Shown here: piece by piece, positions 46,488 through 59,162 of the stretch | Layout of the letters: the number at the start of each line of letters is the position of its first letter | Numbering within the stretch: position 1 is the stretch's first letter | From: an uncultured Piscirickettsiaceae bacterium | GTDB lineage: Bacteria > Pseudomonadota > Gammaproteobacteria > GCF-002020875 | Direction of reading: 5' to 3' | DNA length: 59,567 bases | Assembly (NCBI GenBank): GCA_964344435.1 | Contig: CAYFNH010000003.1 | Coordinates: 1-59,567 of the forward strand | Made by a program: the position numbers and the translations under genes | Notes under the pieces: generated by a model | The model's database searches: none | What the model saw: the letters and a program-made list of their open reading frames with translations, nothing else | What the model was told of the DNA's origin: nothing

Positions 46488-49310
46488 ATGGACAAGATTC
46501 TCGTTCGCGGCGCACGCACCCATAACCTGAAGAACATCGATCTGGAGCTTCCGCGCGACAAGCTGATTGTGATTACCGGACTATCCGGCTCCGGCAAGTC
46601 CTCACTCGCCTTCGATACCATCTATGCCGAAGGGCAGCGCCGTTATGTGGAGTCGCTCTCGGCCTACGCCCGACAATTTCTCTCGCTGATGGAGAAGCCC
46701 GATGTAGACCATATCGAAGGACTCTCTCCAGCAATCTCGATCGAGCAGAAGTCGACCTCGCATAACCCACGCTCTACCGTCGGCACAGTGACCGAGATCC
46801 ATGACTATCTGCGCCTGCTCTATGCACGAGTCGGCACCCCGCACTGCCCGCAGCACGATACCGTTTTGGAGGCACAGCCGATCAGCCAGATGGTGGATCA
46901 AATTCTGGCCCTGCCGGAGGGGAGCAAGATTCTACTACTGGCACCGCTGGTACGGGAGCGCAAGGGGGAGCACACTCAGCTATTGGAAGAGCAACGTGCC
47001 AGCGGCTTTCTGCGGGTGCGCATCGACGGAGCACTGTATGAGCTGGATCAGTTGCCAAAGATTGATGGACGCAGAAAGCACACCATCGAGATCGTGGTCG
47101 ACCGCCTCAAGGTACGGGCCGATATTCGCCAACGACTGGCCGAGTCACTGGAGACGGCCATTGAACTCTCCGATGGGCTCGCCTCGGTGGCCGATATGGG
47201 CAGTCCCGAAAAAGATCTGCTCAACTTCTCCGCCCGCTTCAGCTGCAGTGAATGTGGCTACACTCTGGAGGAGCTGGAGCCACGCCTCTTCTCCTTCAAC
47301 AATCCGGCCGGGGCCTGCCCCAGCTGCGAAGGGTTGGGAGTGGAACAGTATCTTGACCCTGGCCGTGTGGTGGCGGATGAGACCCTGTCACTGGCCGATG
47401 GGGCCATCAAGAACTGGGACCGTCGCAACAACTGGATCTACCAGACTCTCAACTCGCTGGCGGCCCATTATGCGTTTGATCTGGAGACCCCGTTTGAGGC
47501 ACTGCCGGAATCGATTCGTCAGACCATCCTCTACGGCTCCGGTGATGAGGTGATTGCGTTCACCTTCAGCAACAGTCGCGGAGAGATCACCCGCAAGGAG
47601 CACCCGTTTGAGGGGATCATCCCCAATATGGAGCGGCGCTATCGAGAGAGTGAATCGAACCGGGTGCGTGAGGAGATCTCGAAATACCTCAATAGCCGCC
47701 CCTGCCCCAGCTGTAACGGCAGCCGCCTGCGCGAAGAGGCGCGCCATGTTTTTATCGATGGACGCCCCCTGCATGACATCAGCAACCTCGCCATCGGTGA
47801 GGCGGCAACATTTTTCGATACCCTGGTACTGCCAGGCTGGCGCGGCAAGGTGGCCACCAAGATCATCAAGGAGATCTCTGAGCGCCTCGGTTTCCTGGTC
47901 AATGTCGGGCTCAACTACCTCTCGCTGGAGCGCAGTGCCGACACCCTCTCCGGTGGCGAGGCTCAACGTATCCGTCTCGCCAGCCAAATTGGGGCCGGGC
48001 TGGTTGGAGTGATGTATGTGCTGGATGAGCCATCGATCGGGCTGCATCAACGCGACAATCAACGGTTGCTGGATACCCTGATCCGGCTGCGTGACCTGGG
48101 CAATACGGTGATTGTGGTGGAGCATGATGAGGACGCGATCCAGAGCGCCGACCATGTGGTCGATATCGGCCCCGGCGCCGGCAGCCACGGCGGACAGATT
48201 GTGGCCCAGGGCACCCCGAAACAGCTGCTGAAGAATCGCAACTCACTGACGGGTCAATACCTCTCCGGCACCCGCTCCATACCACTACCAACCGAGCGTA
48301 CGCCGGCAAAACCCGATCAACAATTAACCATTCGTGGTGCCAGTGGCAACAACCTGCAGTCGGTGACGGTGGAGATTCCGGCCGGCTTGATGATCTGCGT
48401 TACCGGGGTCTCCGGCTCCGGCAAATCGACGCTGATCAACGATACTCTCTATCGTGCCACCGCCCAGTTTCTCAACCGTGCCAAGGAGGCTCCGGCCCCC
48501 TATGAGTCGATTGAGGGGCTTTCTCTGTTCGACAAGGTGGTCAACATCAATCAGAGCCCGATTGGGCGTACTCCACGCTCCAATCCAGCCACCTACACCG
48601 GGCTATTCTCCCCGATCCGTGAGCTCTTTTCCGGAACCGAAGAGTCGCGCTCTCGTGGCTATACACCGGGGCGCTTCTCCTTCAACGTCAAGGGAGGGCG
48701 CTGCGAAGCGTGTCAGGGGGATGGGGTTATTCGGGTGGAGATGCATTTCCTCGCCGATATCTATGTGCCGTGCGATGTCTGCAAGGGCAAGCGTTATAAC
48801 CGTGAGACACTGGAGGTACAGTACAAGGGCAAGAGCATCCATGAGGTACTGGAGATGACGGTGGAGGAGGCGCGCACCTTCTTTGACCCGGTACCCACCA
48901 TCGCCAACAAGCTGCAGACTCTGATGGATGTTGGCTTGAGTTATATTCGTTTGGGACAAAATGCAACCACACTCTCCGGTGGAGAGGCTCAGCGAGTCAA
49001 GCTTTCACGCGAACTTTCGAAGCGGGACACCGGAAAGACCCTCTATATTCTGGATGAACCGACCACCGGATTGCACTTCCACGATATTGAACAGCTACTC
49101 CAGGTACTGCATCGGCTACGCGATCACGGAAACACCATCGTGGTGATCGAGCACAATCTGGATGTGATCAAGACTGCGGACTGGCTGATTGATCTAGGAC
49201 CCGAAGGAGGTGCTGGGGGCGGAGAGATTATCGCCACCGGCACACCGGAATCGGTGGCCGCCAACCCGGACTCCCATACCGGTCACTACCTGAAGCCTTA
49301 TCTGCAATGA
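46488..49310 (+). CDS. uvrA: Excinuclease ABC subunit A
   Basis: GLSGSGKSS, zinc fingers, LSGGEAQR twice, GVSGSGKS. Confidence 0.98.
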   Translation: MDKILVRGARTHNLKNIDLELPRDKLIVITGLSGSGKSSLAFDTIYAEGQRRYVESLSAYARQFLSLMEKPDVDHIEGLSPAISIEQKSTSHNPRSTVGTVTEIHDYLRLLYARVGTPHCPQHDTVLEAQPISQMVDQILALPEGSKILLLAPLVRERKGEHTQLLEEQRASGFLRVRIDGALYELDQLPKIDGRRKHTIEIVVDRLKVRADIRQRLAESLETAIELSDGLASVADMGSPEKDLLNFSARFSCSECGYTLEELEPRLFSFNNPAGACPSCEGLGVEQYLDPGRVVADETLSLADGAIKNWDRRNNWIYQTLNSLAAHYAFDLETPFEALPESIRQTILYGSGDEVIAFTFSNSRGEITRKEHPFEGIIPNMERRYRESESNRVREEISKYLNSRPCPSCNGSRLREEARHVFIDGRPLHDISNLAIGEAATFFDTLVLPGWRGKVATKIIKEISERLGFLVNVGLNYLSLERSADTLSGGEAQRIRLASQIGAGLVGVMYVLDEPSIGLHQRDNQRLLDTLIRLRDLGNTVIVVEHDEDAIQSADHVVDIGPGAGSHGGQIVAQGTPKQLLKNRNSLTGQYLSGTRSIPLPTERTPAKPDQQLTIRGASGNNLQSVTVEIPAGLMICVTGVSGSGKSTLINDTLYRATAQFLNRAKEAPAPYESIEGLSLFDKVVNINQSPIGRTPRSNPATYTGLFSPIRELFSGTEESRSRGYTPGRFSFNVKGGRCEACQGDGVIRVEMHFLADIYVPCDVCKGKRYNRETLEVQYKGKSIHEVLEMTVEEARTFFDPVPTIANKLQTLMDVGLSYIRLGQNATTLSGGEAQRVKLSRELSKRDTGKTLYILDEPTTGLHFHDIEQLLQVLHRLRDHGNTIVVIEHNLDVIKTADWLIDLGPEGGAGGGEIIATGTPESVAANPDSHTGHYLKPYLQ

Positions 49311-49762
49311 GTGATCCAGAAATGAGGGACAACAGCACTGCAGACTATCAGGGTGGATGCCTTTGTGGTGCTGTACGCTATCGAATCAGTCGGTTTCAGC
49401 CCCGTATCGCACACTGTCACTGCACCATGTGTCAACGCTTTCATGGGGCCGCCTTCTCCACTCTGGGGGAGGTCCGTGTGAATGACTTTAGCTGGCTACA
49501 GGGACAATCGAAGGTACACAGCTACCGGGCAGAGAATGGAACTCATCGCAGCTTCTGTTCAGTTTGTGGTTCGAGCCTGCTGTTCGAGTCACCATATAAC
49601 CGGGAAGATCAGACCCTGGAGGTAGCCATTGCCACCCTGGATGATCCGGGCTCACTACAACCCGATGCACACATGTATACCGATACCCAGGTTCCCTGGA
49701 TTACTCTGGGGGACCATCTACCCCGATATCATGCCTACCGCGCAGTTACGGAGGAGGATTAA
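49307..49762 (+). CDS. GFA/CENP-V family Zn-binding protein
   Basis: [26 protein letters not shown]. Confidence 0.88.
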   Translation: MSDPEMRDNSTADYQGGCLCGAVRYRISRFQPRIAHCHCTMCQRFHGAAFSTLGEVRVNDFSWLQGQSKVHSYRAENGTHRSFCSVCGSSLLFESPYNREDQTLEVAIATLDDPGSLQPDAHMYTDTQVPWITLGDHLPRYHAYRAVTEED

Positions 49763-49784
49763 ACCATAAGATGCGCCAAGCATA

Positions 49785-49818
49785 AAAAAACCGGATATCA
49801 GAGAGGATATCCGGTTTT
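49785..49818. terminator. Bidirectional terminator between GFA and rplQ
   Basis: AAAAAACCGGATATC-AGAGAG-GATATCCGGTTTT. Confidence 0.85.
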
Positions 49819-49848
49819 CATGATCATTGAGGTGGGAGTGAAGGGAGA

Positions 49849-50253
49849 TTAATCCTCATCAACCTCCTCGAACTCATCCTCATCAAACTCTGGCAGAGGA
49901 CGATCCACCAGTTCAACCAGTGCCATCGGTGCCTTGTCCCCGGCACGAAAGCCCGCCTTGAGGATACGAACATAGCCACCCGGGCGGTCACTATAGCGTG
50001 GGCCGAGCTCGTTAAAGAGTTTGGTAACCATGTCACGATCGCGCATACGATCAAAGGCAAGACGACGGTTGGCGACACTGTCACTCTTGGCCAGAGTAAT
50101 CAGTGGCTCGGCAACCCGACGCAACTCCTTGGCCTTGGGCAGGGTGGTGCGGATCAACTCATGCTGGAACAGGGAGTTGCTCATGTTACGGAACATCGCC
50201 TTGCGATGGCTGCTATTCCGGTTTAGTTGTCTTCCACTATGACGATGACGCAT
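49849..50253 (-). CDS. rplQ: 50S ribosomal protein L17
   Basis: [25 protein letters not shown]. Confidence 0.98.
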   Translation of the reverse strand: MRHRHSGRQLNRNSSHRKAMFRNMSNSLFQHELIRTTLPKAKELRRVAEPLITLAKSDSVANRRLAFDRMRDRDMVTKLFNELGPRYSDRPGGYVRILKAGFRAGDKAPMALVELVDRPLPEFDEDEFEEVDED

Positions 50254-50291
50254 GTTCTTCTACTCTTCTATCGTTTTCTACACGTAAGTCG

Positions 50292-51287
50292 TTACGCAGT
50301 CTTGTCTTCACGAATACTGGCAGGTGGCCAGTTCTCCAGGCGAACGCCCAGCGAGAGGCCGCGAGAGGCCAATACATCCTTGATCTCATTCAGTGACTTC
50401 TTACCAAGGTTAGGGGTTCTCAGCAGTTCGGTCTCGGTGCGCTGGATCAGATCACCGATATACATAATCGCTTCTGCCTTGAGACAGTTGGCTGAACGCA
50501 CGGTCAATTCAAGATCGTCGACCGGACGCAGCAGAATTGGGTCTACCTCAGGCTCATCTTCTGCAGCGGCCTCCTCCTCTTCCTCGGTATGCAGCTCAAC
50601 GAAGGATTCCAGCTGAGTCTGCAGGATGGTTGCTGCGCGGCGAATCGCCTCTTCCGGATCGATGGTGCCGTTGGTTTGCAGGTCTATCACCAGACAATCA
50701 AGGTCGGTACGCTGCTTCAGACGGGCCGCCTCTACCGTATAGCTGACACGATCAATCGGGCTGTAGGAGGCATCCAGTCGCAGTGCACCGATGGCATGAC
50801 TCTCCTCCTCGGTAGAGCGCTCGGAGGCCGGCTGGTAACCCCGTCCGGTAGTCACCTTTAGACTCATACTGAGCACAACCTCAGGGTCGGTCACATTGGC
50901 AATCACATGATCCGGATTGATGATCTCGACGTCATCCCCACTGATATCGCCCGCAACCACTGCACCCGCACCATTGCTCTTCAGAGAGAGCTCGGCAGTT
51001 GCATGTGCACCCAGCTTGATGGCAACCCCTTTGAGATTCAACAGAATATCGATGACATCTTCCTGTACCCCTTCGATAGCAGAGTACTCATGGCTGACAC
51101 CATCGATCAGTACCTCGGTGATTGCACTGCCATGCATGGAGGAGAGCAGAATGCGACGCAGCGCATTGCCCAGGGTATGGCCGAAGCCACGCTCCAGCGG
51201 CTCGATTGCTACCTGGATATGGTTGGTATCGATATTCTTGATGTTGGCCAGCTTGGGCTTCAGGAATTCTTTGATGGAACCTTGCAT
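50292..51287 (-). CDS. rpoA: RNA polymerase alpha subunit
   Basis: [23 protein letters not shown]. Confidence 0.98.
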   Translation of the reverse strand: MQGSIKEFLKPKLANIKNIDTNHIQVAIEPLERGFGHTLGNALRRILLSSMHGSAITEVLIDGVSHEYSAIEGVQEDVIDILLNLKGVAIKLGAHATAELSLKSNGAGAVVAGDISGDDVEIINPDHVIANVTDPEVVLSMSLKVTTGRGYQPASERSTEEESHAIGALRLDASYSPIDRVSYTVEAARLKQRTDLDCLVIDLQTNGTIDPEEAIRRAATILQTQLESFVELHTEEEEEAAAEDEPEVDPILLRPVDDLELTVRSANCLKAEAIMYIGDLIQRTETELLRTPNLGKKSLNEIKDVLASRGLSLGVRLENWPPASIREDKTA

Positions 51288-51336
51288 CTAAAATCAGACC
51301 TCGAAAGTAATGGGTGACTTGCTATCTACTCAGGGT

Positions 51337-51966
51337 TTACTTGGAGTAGAGCTCGACGATCAGATGTTCGTTAATCTCGGCAGAGAGATCGGAACGATCC
51401 GGAGCATTCTTGAAAGTGCCCTCCATCTTCTCGCTGTTCACATCAATCCACTCGGCATCCTCACGTGTCTGTGGAGCCAGTTGCAGCGCCATCTTGATGC
51501 GCTCCTGCTTCTTGGCCTTCTCGCGCACAGATATGGTATCACTCGGCTTGAGTTGATAAGAGGGAATATTCAACACCTCACCATTTACCAGAATGGACTT
51601 GTGGTTGACCAGCTGACGCGCCTCGGCACGGGTAGCACCAAAGCCCATACGATAGACCACATTGTCCAGACGAGACTCCAAAATCTGCAGCAGATTCTCG
51701 CCGGTTGAGCCCTTGCGGCGCGCAGCCTCCTTGTAGTAGCTGCGGAACTGCTTCTCGAGCAGGCCGTAAATACGACGTACCTTCTGCTTTTCACGCAGCT
51801 GCAGTGCATAGTCGGACATGCGAGGGGCACGTCCACCTGCGCCATGCTGTCCGGGCAGCTGATCAGGCTTGCACTTGGTTTCCAGTGCACGCAGCCCGCT
51901 CTTCAACCCCAGGTCAGTCCCCTCGCGACGAGACAGTTTACATTTTGGTCCAGTATATTTAGCCAC
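51337..51966 (-). CDS. rpsD: 30S ribosomal protein S4
   Basis: [27 protein letters not shown]. Confidence 0.98.
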   Translation of the reverse strand: MAKYTGPKCKLSRREGTDLGLKSGLRALETKCKPDQLPGQHGAGGRAPRMSDYALQLREKQKVRRIYGLLEKQFRSYYKEAARRKGSTGENLLQILESRLDNVVYRMGFGATRAEARQLVNHKSILVNGEVLNIPSYQLKPSDTISVREKAKKQERIKMALQLAPQTREDAEWIDVNSEKMEGTFKNAPDRSDLSAEINEHLIVELYSK

Positions 51967-51996
51967 CGTACTATTCTCCTGATCTCTCTATGGCCG

Positions 51997-52386
51997 TTAT
52001 ACGCGGCGTTTCTTGGGTGGACGGCAGCCATTGTGCGGCAGCGGAGTTACGTCGGTGATGCTGTTAATGCGGATACCGATGTTGTTGAGTGCACGAACTG
52101 ATGACTCACGCCCTGGCCCTGGCCCCTTGATGCGAACGTCGACTGACTTCAGGCCATACTCCTGAGCCTGGGTACCGGCACGTTCTGCAGCCACCTGTGC
52201 AGCAAAAGGTGTGCTCTTGCGCGAACCACGAAAGCCACTGCCGCCAGAGGTAGCCCAGCACAGGGTATCCCCCTTGCGATCGGTTATGGTGATAATGGTG
52301 TTGTTGAATGTCGCATGAACATGGGCAATCCCCTCAGGGACATTCTTTTTTACCTTTTTGCGCTTGGAAGCGGATACCTTGGCCAT
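51997..52386 (-). CDS. rpsK: 30S ribosomal protein S11
   Basis: [22 protein letters not shown]. Confidence 0.98.
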   Translation of the reverse strand: MAKVSASKRKKVKKNVPEGIAHVHATFNNTIITITDRKGDTLCWATSGGSGFRGSRKSTPFAAQVAAERAGTQAQEYGLKSVDVRIKGPGPGRESSVRALNNIGIRINSITDVTPLPHNGCRPPKKRRV

Positions 52387-52435
52387 AAAACTCTAAAACC
52401 TGTAGTTAAGTAAATCGTTATTGGGTGAGAAGCGA

Positions 52436-52792
52436 CTATCGCTTGATAGGCTTCTTCGGACCCTTGCGGGTACGGGCATTGTTTTTGGTGTTCTGTCCAC
52501 GAACAGGGAGTCCACGACGATGTCGAATTCCGCGATTGGTGCCCAGATCCATCAAACGCTTGATGTTCATGGAGACTTCACGACGCAGATCACCTTCCAC
52601 AGTAAGCTTGCCAACCTCACTACGGATATTCTCAAGCTGCGCATCCTCCAGCTCGCGTACCTTGGTTGAGGCCTCAATACCGGCTGCTGCACATATTTCG
52701 TATGCACGGGTACGTCCAATCCCGTAGATTGAGGTCAATGCAACCCATGCATGTTTGTTATCAGGTACGTTTACACCCGCAATTCGTGCCAT
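52436..52792 (-). CDS. rpsM: 30S ribosomal protein S13
   Basis: [24 protein letters not shown]. Confidence 0.98.
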   Translation of the reverse strand: MARIAGVNVPDNKHAWVALTSIYGIGRTRAYEICAAAGIEASTKVRELEDAQLENIRSEVGKLTVEGDLRREVSMNIKRLMDLGTNRGIRHRRGLPVRGQNTKNNARTRKGPKKPIKR

Positions 52793-52912
52793 CTGGCTCT
52801 TCTCCTATAATCCCTGTATTGCTCCCGCAAGCAGCCTGTGCCACGCAGAGGGCGCGAAAGGATACCTATACTCTATTCAAAAATCAACTATTATCGTTAA
52901 GAAATTGTGCAA

Positions 52913-53029
52913 TCAACCCTGACGCTGCTTGTGCTTTGGGTCCTTGCTACAAATTACACGGACAACGCCGTTGCGGCGAATCACCTTGCAGTGCTGACAC
53001 ATTTTCTTGACGGATGCGCGAACTTTCAT
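52913..53029 (-). CDS. rpmJ: 50S ribosomal protein L36 (Zn-ribbon form); not in the ORF track
   Basis: Hand translation: [38 protein letters not shown]. Confidence 0.97.
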   Translation of the reverse strand: MKVRASVKKMCQHCKVIRRNGVVRVICSKDPKHKQRQG

Positions 53030-53070
53030 TTTCTTACTCCAGAACTTCTTTACTATCTTCGCTTCAGGGT

Positions 53071-54402
53071 CTACAGACCACTGCGCCCATACCCTTTGAG
53101 ATTGGCCTTCTTCATCAACCCATCATACTGATGAGAGAGCAGGTGCGACTGAACCTGTGAGATAAAATCCATGATGACTACAACAATAATCAGCAGTGAG
53201 GTACCACCAAAGTAGAAGGGTACATTCCACTTGATAATAAGGAACTCGGGCAACAGGCTGACTGCTGTGATATAGCCTGCACCAATCAGCGTCAACCGGG
53301 TCATCACCTTGTCGATATACTTCGCGGTCTGTGCACCGGGACGAATACCGGGAATGAAGGCACCCGATTTTCTCAGGTTATCTGCAGTCTCCTTCGGATT
53401 GAATACCAGTGCGGTATAGAAGAAGCAGAAGAAGATAATTGCAACCGCATAGAAGGCGACATAAAGCGGCTGACCGGGGGACAAGGTCGTTGCCAGATCC
53501 TTCATCCACTCCATTCCCTCGCCACTACCAAACCAGCTTCCCATGGTGGCCGGAAACAGAATGATACTGGAGGCGAAGATGGGCGGAATCACACCGGCCA
53601 TGTTGACCTTGAGCGGCAGGTGACTGCTCTGCCCCGCATACATGCGGTTGCCACGCTGCTGCTTGGCATAGTTTACAGTAATGCGACGCTGTCCGCGCTC
53701 TACAAAGACCACAAATGCGGTGACCAGTATTGCACCAATAAACAGCACCAGAACCGTGATGGCGTGCATCTCACCGGTACGCGCCAGCTCCATGGTGCCA
53801 CCGACTGCAGAAGGCAGACCGGCTACGATACCGGAAAAGATAATCAGCGAAATACCGTTACCGATACCGCGTTCGGTAATCTGCTCACCCAGCCACATCA
53901 GAAACATGGTTCCGGTTACCAGGGTAGTCACGGCTACAAAACGGAACCCCAGACCGGGATCGATGACAACACTCATCCCACCGGCTGACTGAGACTCCAG
54001 CGCGATGGAGATCCCCAACGCCTGGAAAGTGGCCAGTACCAGCGTGCCATAACGGGTATATTGAGTGATCTTGCGACGTCCCGCCTGTCCCTCTTTCTTC
54101 AACTGCTCCAGTTTCGGAGAGGTGACTGTCAGCAGGTTCATGATGATCGACGCAGAGATATAGGGCATAACCCCCAGTGCAAACAGACTCAGGCGCATCA
54201 ATGCACCACCCGAGAACATGTTGAACATATCCAGGATGGTACCGGACTGGGCATCAAACATCGCCTGCAGCGCAACCGGGTTGATACCGGGAACCGGCAC
54301 GTGTGCCCCCATGCGGTAGACAATGATCGCACCCAGCACAAACCAGAGGCGAGACTTCAGCTCTGCCAGCTTATCTGCGCCCGCGCCGATTTTCTGTGCC
54401 AT
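53071..54402 (-). CDS. secY: Preprotein translocase SecY
   Basis: [43 protein letters not shown]. Confidence 0.98.
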   Translation of the reverse strand: MAQKIGAGADKLAELKSRLWFVLGAIIVYRMGAHVPVPGINPVALQAMFDAQSGTILDMFNMFSGGALMRLSLFALGVMPYISASIIMNLLTVTSPKLEQLKKEGQAGRRKITQYTRYGTLVLATFQALGISIALESQSAGGMSVVIDPGLGFRFVAVTTLVTGTMFLMWLGEQITERGIGNGISLIIFSGIVAGLPSAVGGTMELARTGEMHAITVLVLFIGAILVTAFVVFVERGQRRITVNYAKQQRGNRMYAGQSSHLPLKVNMAGVIPPIFASSIILFPATMGSWFGSGEGMEWMKDLATTLSPGQPLYVAFYAVAIIFFCFFYTALVFNPKETADNLRKSGAFIPGIRPGAQTAKYIDKVMTRLTLIGAGYITAVSLLPEFLIIKWNVPFYFGGTSLLIIVVVIMDFISQVQSHLLSHQYDGLMKKANLKGYGRSGL

Positions 54403-54433
54403 GCCTCAAAGACCTCTTGATAACCGCTACCGA

Positions 54434-54877
54434 CTACTCTTCGATCTTGCCGCCAGCCGCTTCAATCGCAGCTCGTGCACCCGCAGTTACACCAAGACCG
54501 GAGATGGTAACAGCACGATCAATCTCACCCGAGGCAATCACCTTGGCCCGCTTGATATCGTGGCTCACAATGTTTGCGGCCTTCAATGCCAACAGATCTA
54601 CCGTTCCATCGGTAGCTGCTGCAACCTTGGCCAGCTCATGCAGACGCACTTCCGCCACAAAGCGGGCCGTACGGGAGTTGAAACCAACCTTGGGTAGACG
54701 ACGCTGCAGTGGCTGCTGACCACCCTCGAACCCAACCTTGTGGTAACCACCAGAACGGGATTTCTGTCCCTTGTGACCACGGCCACAGGTTTTGCCGAGA
54801 CCGGAACCGATTCCGCGCCCTACTCGTTTACCAACCTTCTTGGCACCTTCCGCAGGCTTGATTGTATTGAGACGCAT
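54434..54877 (-). CDS. rplO: 50S ribosomal protein L15
   Basis: [24 protein letters not shown]. Confidence 0.97.
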   Translation of the reverse strand: MRLNTIKPAEGAKKVGKRVGRGIGSGLGKTCGRGHKGQKSRSGGYHKVGFEGGQQPLQRRLPKVGFNSRTARFVAEVRLHELAKVAAATDGTVDLLALKAANIVSHDIKRAKVIASGEIDRAVTISGLGVTAGARAAIEAAGGKIEE

Positions 54878-54880
54878 CAC

Positions 54881-55063
54881 TTAATCCTCAATCTTCAGCA
54901 TATAGCTGATCTTGTTAATCATTCCACGATTCTCCGGTGTATCAGACACGGTAACGCTCTGATGCATCTTGCGAATCCCAAGCCCCGCTGCACACGCCTT
55001 GTGTGCAGGAAGACGACCGATCAGACTCTTGACCAGTGTCACTGTAACGGTGTTATCTGCCAT
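54881..55063 (-). CDS. rpmD: 50S ribosomal protein L30
   Basis: KSLIGR..HKA...LG.RK, RGMINK. Confidence 0.96.
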   Translation of the reverse strand: MADNTVTVTLVKSLIGRLPAHKACAAGLGIRKMHQSVTVSDTPENRGMINKISYMLKIED

Positions 55064-55069
55064 AACGCT

Positions 55070-55579
55070 CTACCCCAGAATCTCTTCTACTGTCTTGCCA
55101 CGCTTTGCTGCAATCTGCTCCGGGCTCGCCATATCGGTAAGTCCCTTGATGGTTGCACGCACTACATTGATCGGATTGGATGAACCATTGCGCTTTGCCA
55201 GCACGTTGTGCACACCAACCACCTCGAACACGGCACGCATCGCACCACCAGCAATAATACCGGTACCTTCCGAGGCAGGCTGCATATAGACATCCGCTGC
55301 ACCATGACGAGCACGAATGGGATACTGCAGGGTGCCTCCATTGAGGTTTACACTCTTGACATTGCGGCGAGCACGCTCCATCGCCTTCTGGATCGCCAGC
55401 GGTACTTCACGCGCCTTGCCATATCCAAAACCGATCTTGCCATTGCCATCACCCACTACCGTCAGCGCGGTGAATGAGAAGATGCGGCCGCCCTTTACGG
55501 TCTTGGCTACACGGTTGACAGCAACCAGCTTCTCCAGCATCTCATCGTCATTCTCTTTCTTGAACTGTTTCTCAGCCAT
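55070..55579 (-). CDS. rpsE: 30S ribosomal protein S5
   Basis: [18 protein letters not shown]. Confidence 0.98.
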   Translation of the reverse strand: MAEKQFKKENDDEMLEKLVAVNRVAKTVKGGRIFSFTALTVVGDGNGKIGFGYGKAREVPLAIQKAMERARRNVKSVNLNGGTLQYPIRARHGAADVYMQPASEGTGIIAGGAMRAVFEVVGVHNVLAKRNGSSNPINVVRATIKGLTDMASPEQIAAKRGKTVEEILG

Positions 55580-55619
55580 GTTCGATTTCCTAATTTGTAA
55601 ACAGTGCGCTTAAGGTCAA

Positions 55620-55967
55620 TTAAAATTCCAGACCACCCTCACGGGCTGCCTCGGCCAGAGCCTTGATACGGCCATGGTACTTGAATCCGGAACGGTCAAA
55701 GGCAACCCGGGTTACCCCAGCCTCTTTGGTACGCTCGGCAATCATCTTGCCCACCGCAGTAGCGGCCTCGACATTACCGGTAGCCGATGCACTACGCAGC
55801 TCTGCCACTACGGTTGAGGCGCTGGCAACCACCTTCGATTCACTGTCGATTACCTGTGCATAGATATGACGGGGAGTACGGTGTACCGTAAGGCGAGGTA
55901 CGCCCAGCTCTTTGATCTTTGCACGTGTACGTCTTGCGCGACGTAGTCGAGTCTGCTTCTTATCCAT
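55620..55967 (-). CDS. rplR: 50S ribosomal protein L18
   Basis: [24 protein letters not shown]. Confidence 0.98.
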   Translation of the reverse strand: MDKKQTRLRRARRTRAKIKELGVPRLTVHRTPRHIYAQVIDSESKVVASASTVVAELRSASATGNVEAATAVGKMIAERTKEAGVTRVAFDRSGFKYHGRIKALAEAAREGGLEF

Positions 55968-56006
55968 TGAACAATCCTATTACCAATACTGGTATCACCA
56001 TGATCC

Positions 56007-56537
56007 TTATTTCTTCTTGGCTTCCTTGCGGATGACATACTCATCTGCATAGCGAACGCCCTTGCCCTTGTATGGCTCAGGTGGACGGTAGGCACGAATC
56101 TCGGCCGCGACCTGTCCAACCTTCTGCTTGTCAGCACCCTTTACTACTACCTCGGTAGCCGAAGGAGTCTCAATTGTGATTCCATCGGGAATCGCGTAAT
56201 TGACCGGATGTGAAAAACCAAGTGACAACTCCAGGCTGTTGCCAGCTGCCTTGGCGCGATAACCAACACCGATCAGGGTCAGCTTTTTCTCAAAGCCCTG
56301 GCTTACACCAACCACCATGTTGTTGATCAGTGCGCGCATGGTACCAGCCATTGCAACCGTCTCTTTACCGCCTTTGGCAGCAACACGAACCGTATTGCCT
56401 TCCTGCTCTACGCCTACGGTCTCATGGACTTCATAATCGAAGTTTCCATTGGCACCCTTGATCTGAATCTTTTGCCCGTTAACCGAGACATCTACACCGG
56501 TAGGGATCTCAACGGGAGCATTTGCAACTCTAGACAT
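56007..56537 (-). CDS. rplF: 50S ribosomal protein L6
   Basis: [16 protein letters not shown]. Confidence 0.98.
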   Translation of the reverse strand: MSRVANAPVEIPTGVDVSVNGQKIQIKGANGNFDYEVHETVGVEQEGNTVRVAAKGGKETVAMAGTMRALINNMVVGVSQGFEKKLTLIGVGYRAKAAGNSLELSLGFSHPVNYAIPDGITIETPSATEVVVKGADKQKVGQVAAEIRAYRPPEPYKGKGVRYADEYVIRKEAKKK

Positions 56538-56569
56538 TATACTTTCCTGAATTCAACTGTTAGCGGCTA

Positions 56570-56965
56570 TTAATAGACGTAGCAGATTACTTCACCACCT
56601 ACACCGGCAGCCTTGGCTGCACGATCTGTCAGCAGACCTTTTGGAGTAGAGATGATTGCCACTCCCAGACCACCATTGACTGAAGGCAGATCATCCTTGC
56701 CCTTGTAGGTACGCAGACCCGGACGACTGACACGCTTCATCATCTCGATTACCGGCTGTCCCTGGAAATACTTCAGCTCGATCTTGAGCTCTGACTTGCC
56801 ACCAGACTCGGCTACCGAGAAGTCCGAAATATAGCCTTCCTCTTTCATTACATTGGCAATCGCTGCCTTCATGCGTGAAGAGGGCATTGCAACGGTCTTT
56901 TTCTCAACGGCCAGTGCATTGCGGATACGGGTCAACATGTCCGCGATTGGGTCTTGCATACTCAT
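56570..56965 (-). CDS. rpsH: 30S ribosomal protein S8
   Basis: [25 protein letters not shown]. Confidence 0.98.
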   Translation of the reverse strand: MSMQDPIADMLTRIRNALAVEKKTVAMPSSRMKAAIANVMKEEGYISDFSVAESGGKSELKIELKYFQGQPVIEMMKRVSRPGLRTYKGKDDLPSVNGGLGVAIISTPKGLLTDRAAKAAGVGGEVICYVY

Positions 56966-57014
56966 CTTTAACTATTCCAAATACTCTATGTTGTATAGAA
57001 AACCGGGGAGCAGA

Positions 57015-57320
57015 CTACCAGCTCGCCTTTCTCAAACCGGGAACATCACCACGCATGGTGGCTTCACGCAACTTGTTACGACTGAGGCCAAACTTGCGGT
57101 AGTAGCCATGCGGACGACCGGTCAGGTTACAGCGGTTATGTTGGCGAACCGGGCTGGAGTCTCTTGGCAGCATATTGAACTTGCGTCGCGCTGCAGCGCG
57201 CTCTTCTGCGGAAAGCTCCGGGTCATGCATCTTGCTCTTGAGCTCGGCACGCTTTGCAGCATACCTCTTGACCAGCTTTTCGCGGCGAATTTCGCGTCGT
57301 ATCATTGAGACCTTTGCCAT
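57015..57320 (-). CDS. rpsN: 30S ribosomal protein S14 (101-aa non-Zn form)
   Basis: [25 protein letters not shown]. Confidence 0.98.
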   Translation of the reverse strand: MAKVSMIRREIRREKLVKRYAAKRAELKSKMHDPELSAEERAAARRKFNMLPRDSSPVRQHNRCNLTGRPHGYYRKFGLSRNKLREATMRGDVPGLRKASW

Positions 57321-57362
57321 GCTACTTAATCCTGTTCTCTTCTCTGTTGTTTCTTGTTGCCG

Positions 57363-57902
57363 TTAGTTCTTGAAGGGGAAGTTCATTGCCGCCAGCAGTG
57401 CCTTGCCCTCTTCATCACTCTTCGCAGTGGTTACTACACTGATATCGAGGCCACGCAGTGCATCCACCTTGTCGTAATCGATCTCCGGGAAGATGATCTG
57501 CTCGGTGACGCCCATGCTGTAGTTGCCACGACCATCAAAGGATTTCCCGTTGAGGCCACGGAAGTCACGAATACGGGGAATTGCGATACTGATCAGGCGA
57601 TCGAGAAAGTCATACATGCGATCCTTGCGCAGGGTGACCTTACAGCCAATCGGCCAACCATCACGAATCTTGAAGCCTGCAATGGATAGACGAGCCAATG
57701 TCTTGACGGGCTTCTGTCCGGCAATCTTCTCCATGTCGGCCAGCGCATTTTCCAAAATCTTCTTGTCGCCAACCGCTTCACCAACCCCCATGTTGAGGGT
57801 GATCTTGCTGATTTTCGGTACTTCCATCGTACTCTTGTAACCAAACTGATCCATCAGCTGGTTTACGACGGTCTCTTTATAGTGTTGCTTACTGATACTC
57901 AT
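57363..57902 (-). CDS. rplE: 50S ribosomal protein L5
   Basis: [16 protein letters not shown]. Confidence 0.98.
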   Translation of the reverse strand: MSISKQHYKETVVNQLMDQFGYKSTMEVPKISKITLNMGVGEAVGDKKILENALADMEKIAGQKPVKTLARLSIAGFKIRDGWPIGCKVTLRKDRMYDFLDRLISIAIPRIRDFRGLNGKSFDGRGNYSMGVTEQIIFPEIDYDKVDALRGLDISVVTTAKSDEEGKALLAAMNFPFKN

Positions 57903-57934
57903 GATCCTTTCCTGCCGCTATTGCTGCCGTACCG

Positions 57935-58255
57935 TTATGCGTCGACCACTTCGCCATTTGATTTAAAAACACGCACCTTGTTGCCATCTTCCAAAGTCTT
58001 GAAGCCGACTCGATCCGCCTTCTCGGTTGCATGGTTGTAGATGGCGACATTGGAGACATGCATAGGCATCTCTTTTTCGATGATTCCACCCGCAATACCA
58101 AGGTTAGGGTTAGGCTTGGTGTGCTTTTTCACCATATTGATACCGTCAACGATCACGCGATCCTTCTCTGGAATCACGCGCGCAACGGTACCCCGCTGCC
58201 CCTTGTCTTTTCCGGTAAGGACGACTACTTCGTCACCTTTTCTGATCTTGCGCAT
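57935..58255 (-). CDS. rplX: 50S ribosomal protein L24
   Basis: [20 protein letters not shown]. Confidence 0.98.
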   Translation of the reverse strand: MRKIRKGDEVVVLTGKDKGQRGTVARVIPEKDRVIVDGINMVKKHTKPNPNLGIAGGIIEKEMPMHVSNVAIYNHATEKADRVGFKTLEDGNKVRVFKSNGEVVDA

Positions 58256-58277
58256 GTTGCTATCTCTACAATCTCTG

Positions 58278-58646
58278 TTAAATCACTTCCGGAGCCAATG
58301 AAACGATCTTCATGAACTTCTTGCCACGCAACTCACGTGTAACCGGGCCAAAAATACGGGTGCCGATAGGCTCATGCTTGTTGTTCAGCATTACCGCAGC
58401 ATTGCCATCAAAACGGATCAGGGAGCCATCCGGACGGCGTACACCCTTGCGAGTACGTACAACCACGGCATTGTAAACATCACCCTTTTTCACCTTGCCA
58501 CGCGGCAGGGCCTCTTTGACACTCACCTTGATCACGTCACCAATGCCTGCGTAACGACGCTTTGAGCCACCGAGCACCTTGATGCACATGACCTTCTTTG
58601 CGCCGCTGTTGTCCGCAACAGTCAATGTAGATTGCATCTGAATCAT
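58278..58646 (-). CDS. rplN: 50S ribosomal protein L14
   Basis: [20 protein letters not shown]. Confidence 0.98.
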   Translation of the reverse strand: MIQMQSTLTVADNSGAKKVMCIKVLGGSKRRYAGIGDVIKVSVKEALPRGKVKKGDVYNAVVVRTRKGVRRPDGSLIRFDGNAAVMLNNKHEPIGTRIFGPVTRELRGKKFMKIVSLAPEVI

Positions 58647-58692
58647 TGGTTCTACTCCAAACTAATATCTGCTAAATCTTCTGTTCAGCCAC

Positions 58693-58959
58693 CTAGACAG
58701 CAGCTGCACCCTCTACCACTTCAACCAGACGGAAAGACTTGGTCTTGGAGACTGGGCGACACTCTTCAATTTTTACCACATCCCCTTCGTTGGCCTGATT
58801 GCTCTCATCATGGGCGTGCAACTTGGTAGAACGCTTGATGAACTTCTTGTAGATCGGATGCTTCACATAACGCTCCACCATTACGGTGATGCTCTTGTCA
58901 CCCTTGTTGGAGACAACGCGACCAGTGATGGTACGTGCACTACTACTCTGATCTGTCAT
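58693..58959 (-). CDS. rpsQ: 30S ribosomal protein S17
   Basis: [27 protein letters not shown]. Confidence 0.98.
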   Translation of the reverse strand: MTDQSSSARTITGRVVSNKGDKSITVMVERYVKHPIYKKFIKRSTKLHAHDESNQANEGDVVKIEECRPVSKTKSFRLVEVVEGAAAV

Positions 58960-59153
58960 GACGCTGCACCTTTCATCTCATTCATGATGGTTTTAACCCG
59001 GGCGATATTACGGCGAACCTTCTTCATCTGGCTGCTATCGCTCAGCTGGTTTGTTGCCTTCTGCATACGCAGGTTAAATTGCTCACGAAGCATGTCCTGC
59101 AGCTCTTTCTGCAGATCCGCCTCACTCTTCTCTCTCAATTCGCTTGTTTTCAT
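58956..59153 (-). CDS. rpmC: 50S ribosomal protein L29
   Basis: [17 protein letters not shown]. Confidence 0.97.
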   Translation of the reverse strand: MKTSELREKSEADLQKELQDMLREQFNLRMQKATNQLSDSSQMKKVRRNIARVKTIMNEMKGAAS

Positions 59154-59162
59154 CACTACACC

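Noticed and set aside
52793-52912. S4 autoregulatory pseudoknot in the rpsM leader
   Set aside because: It is expected by analogy with E. coli, but I could not verify the pairing from the sequence.
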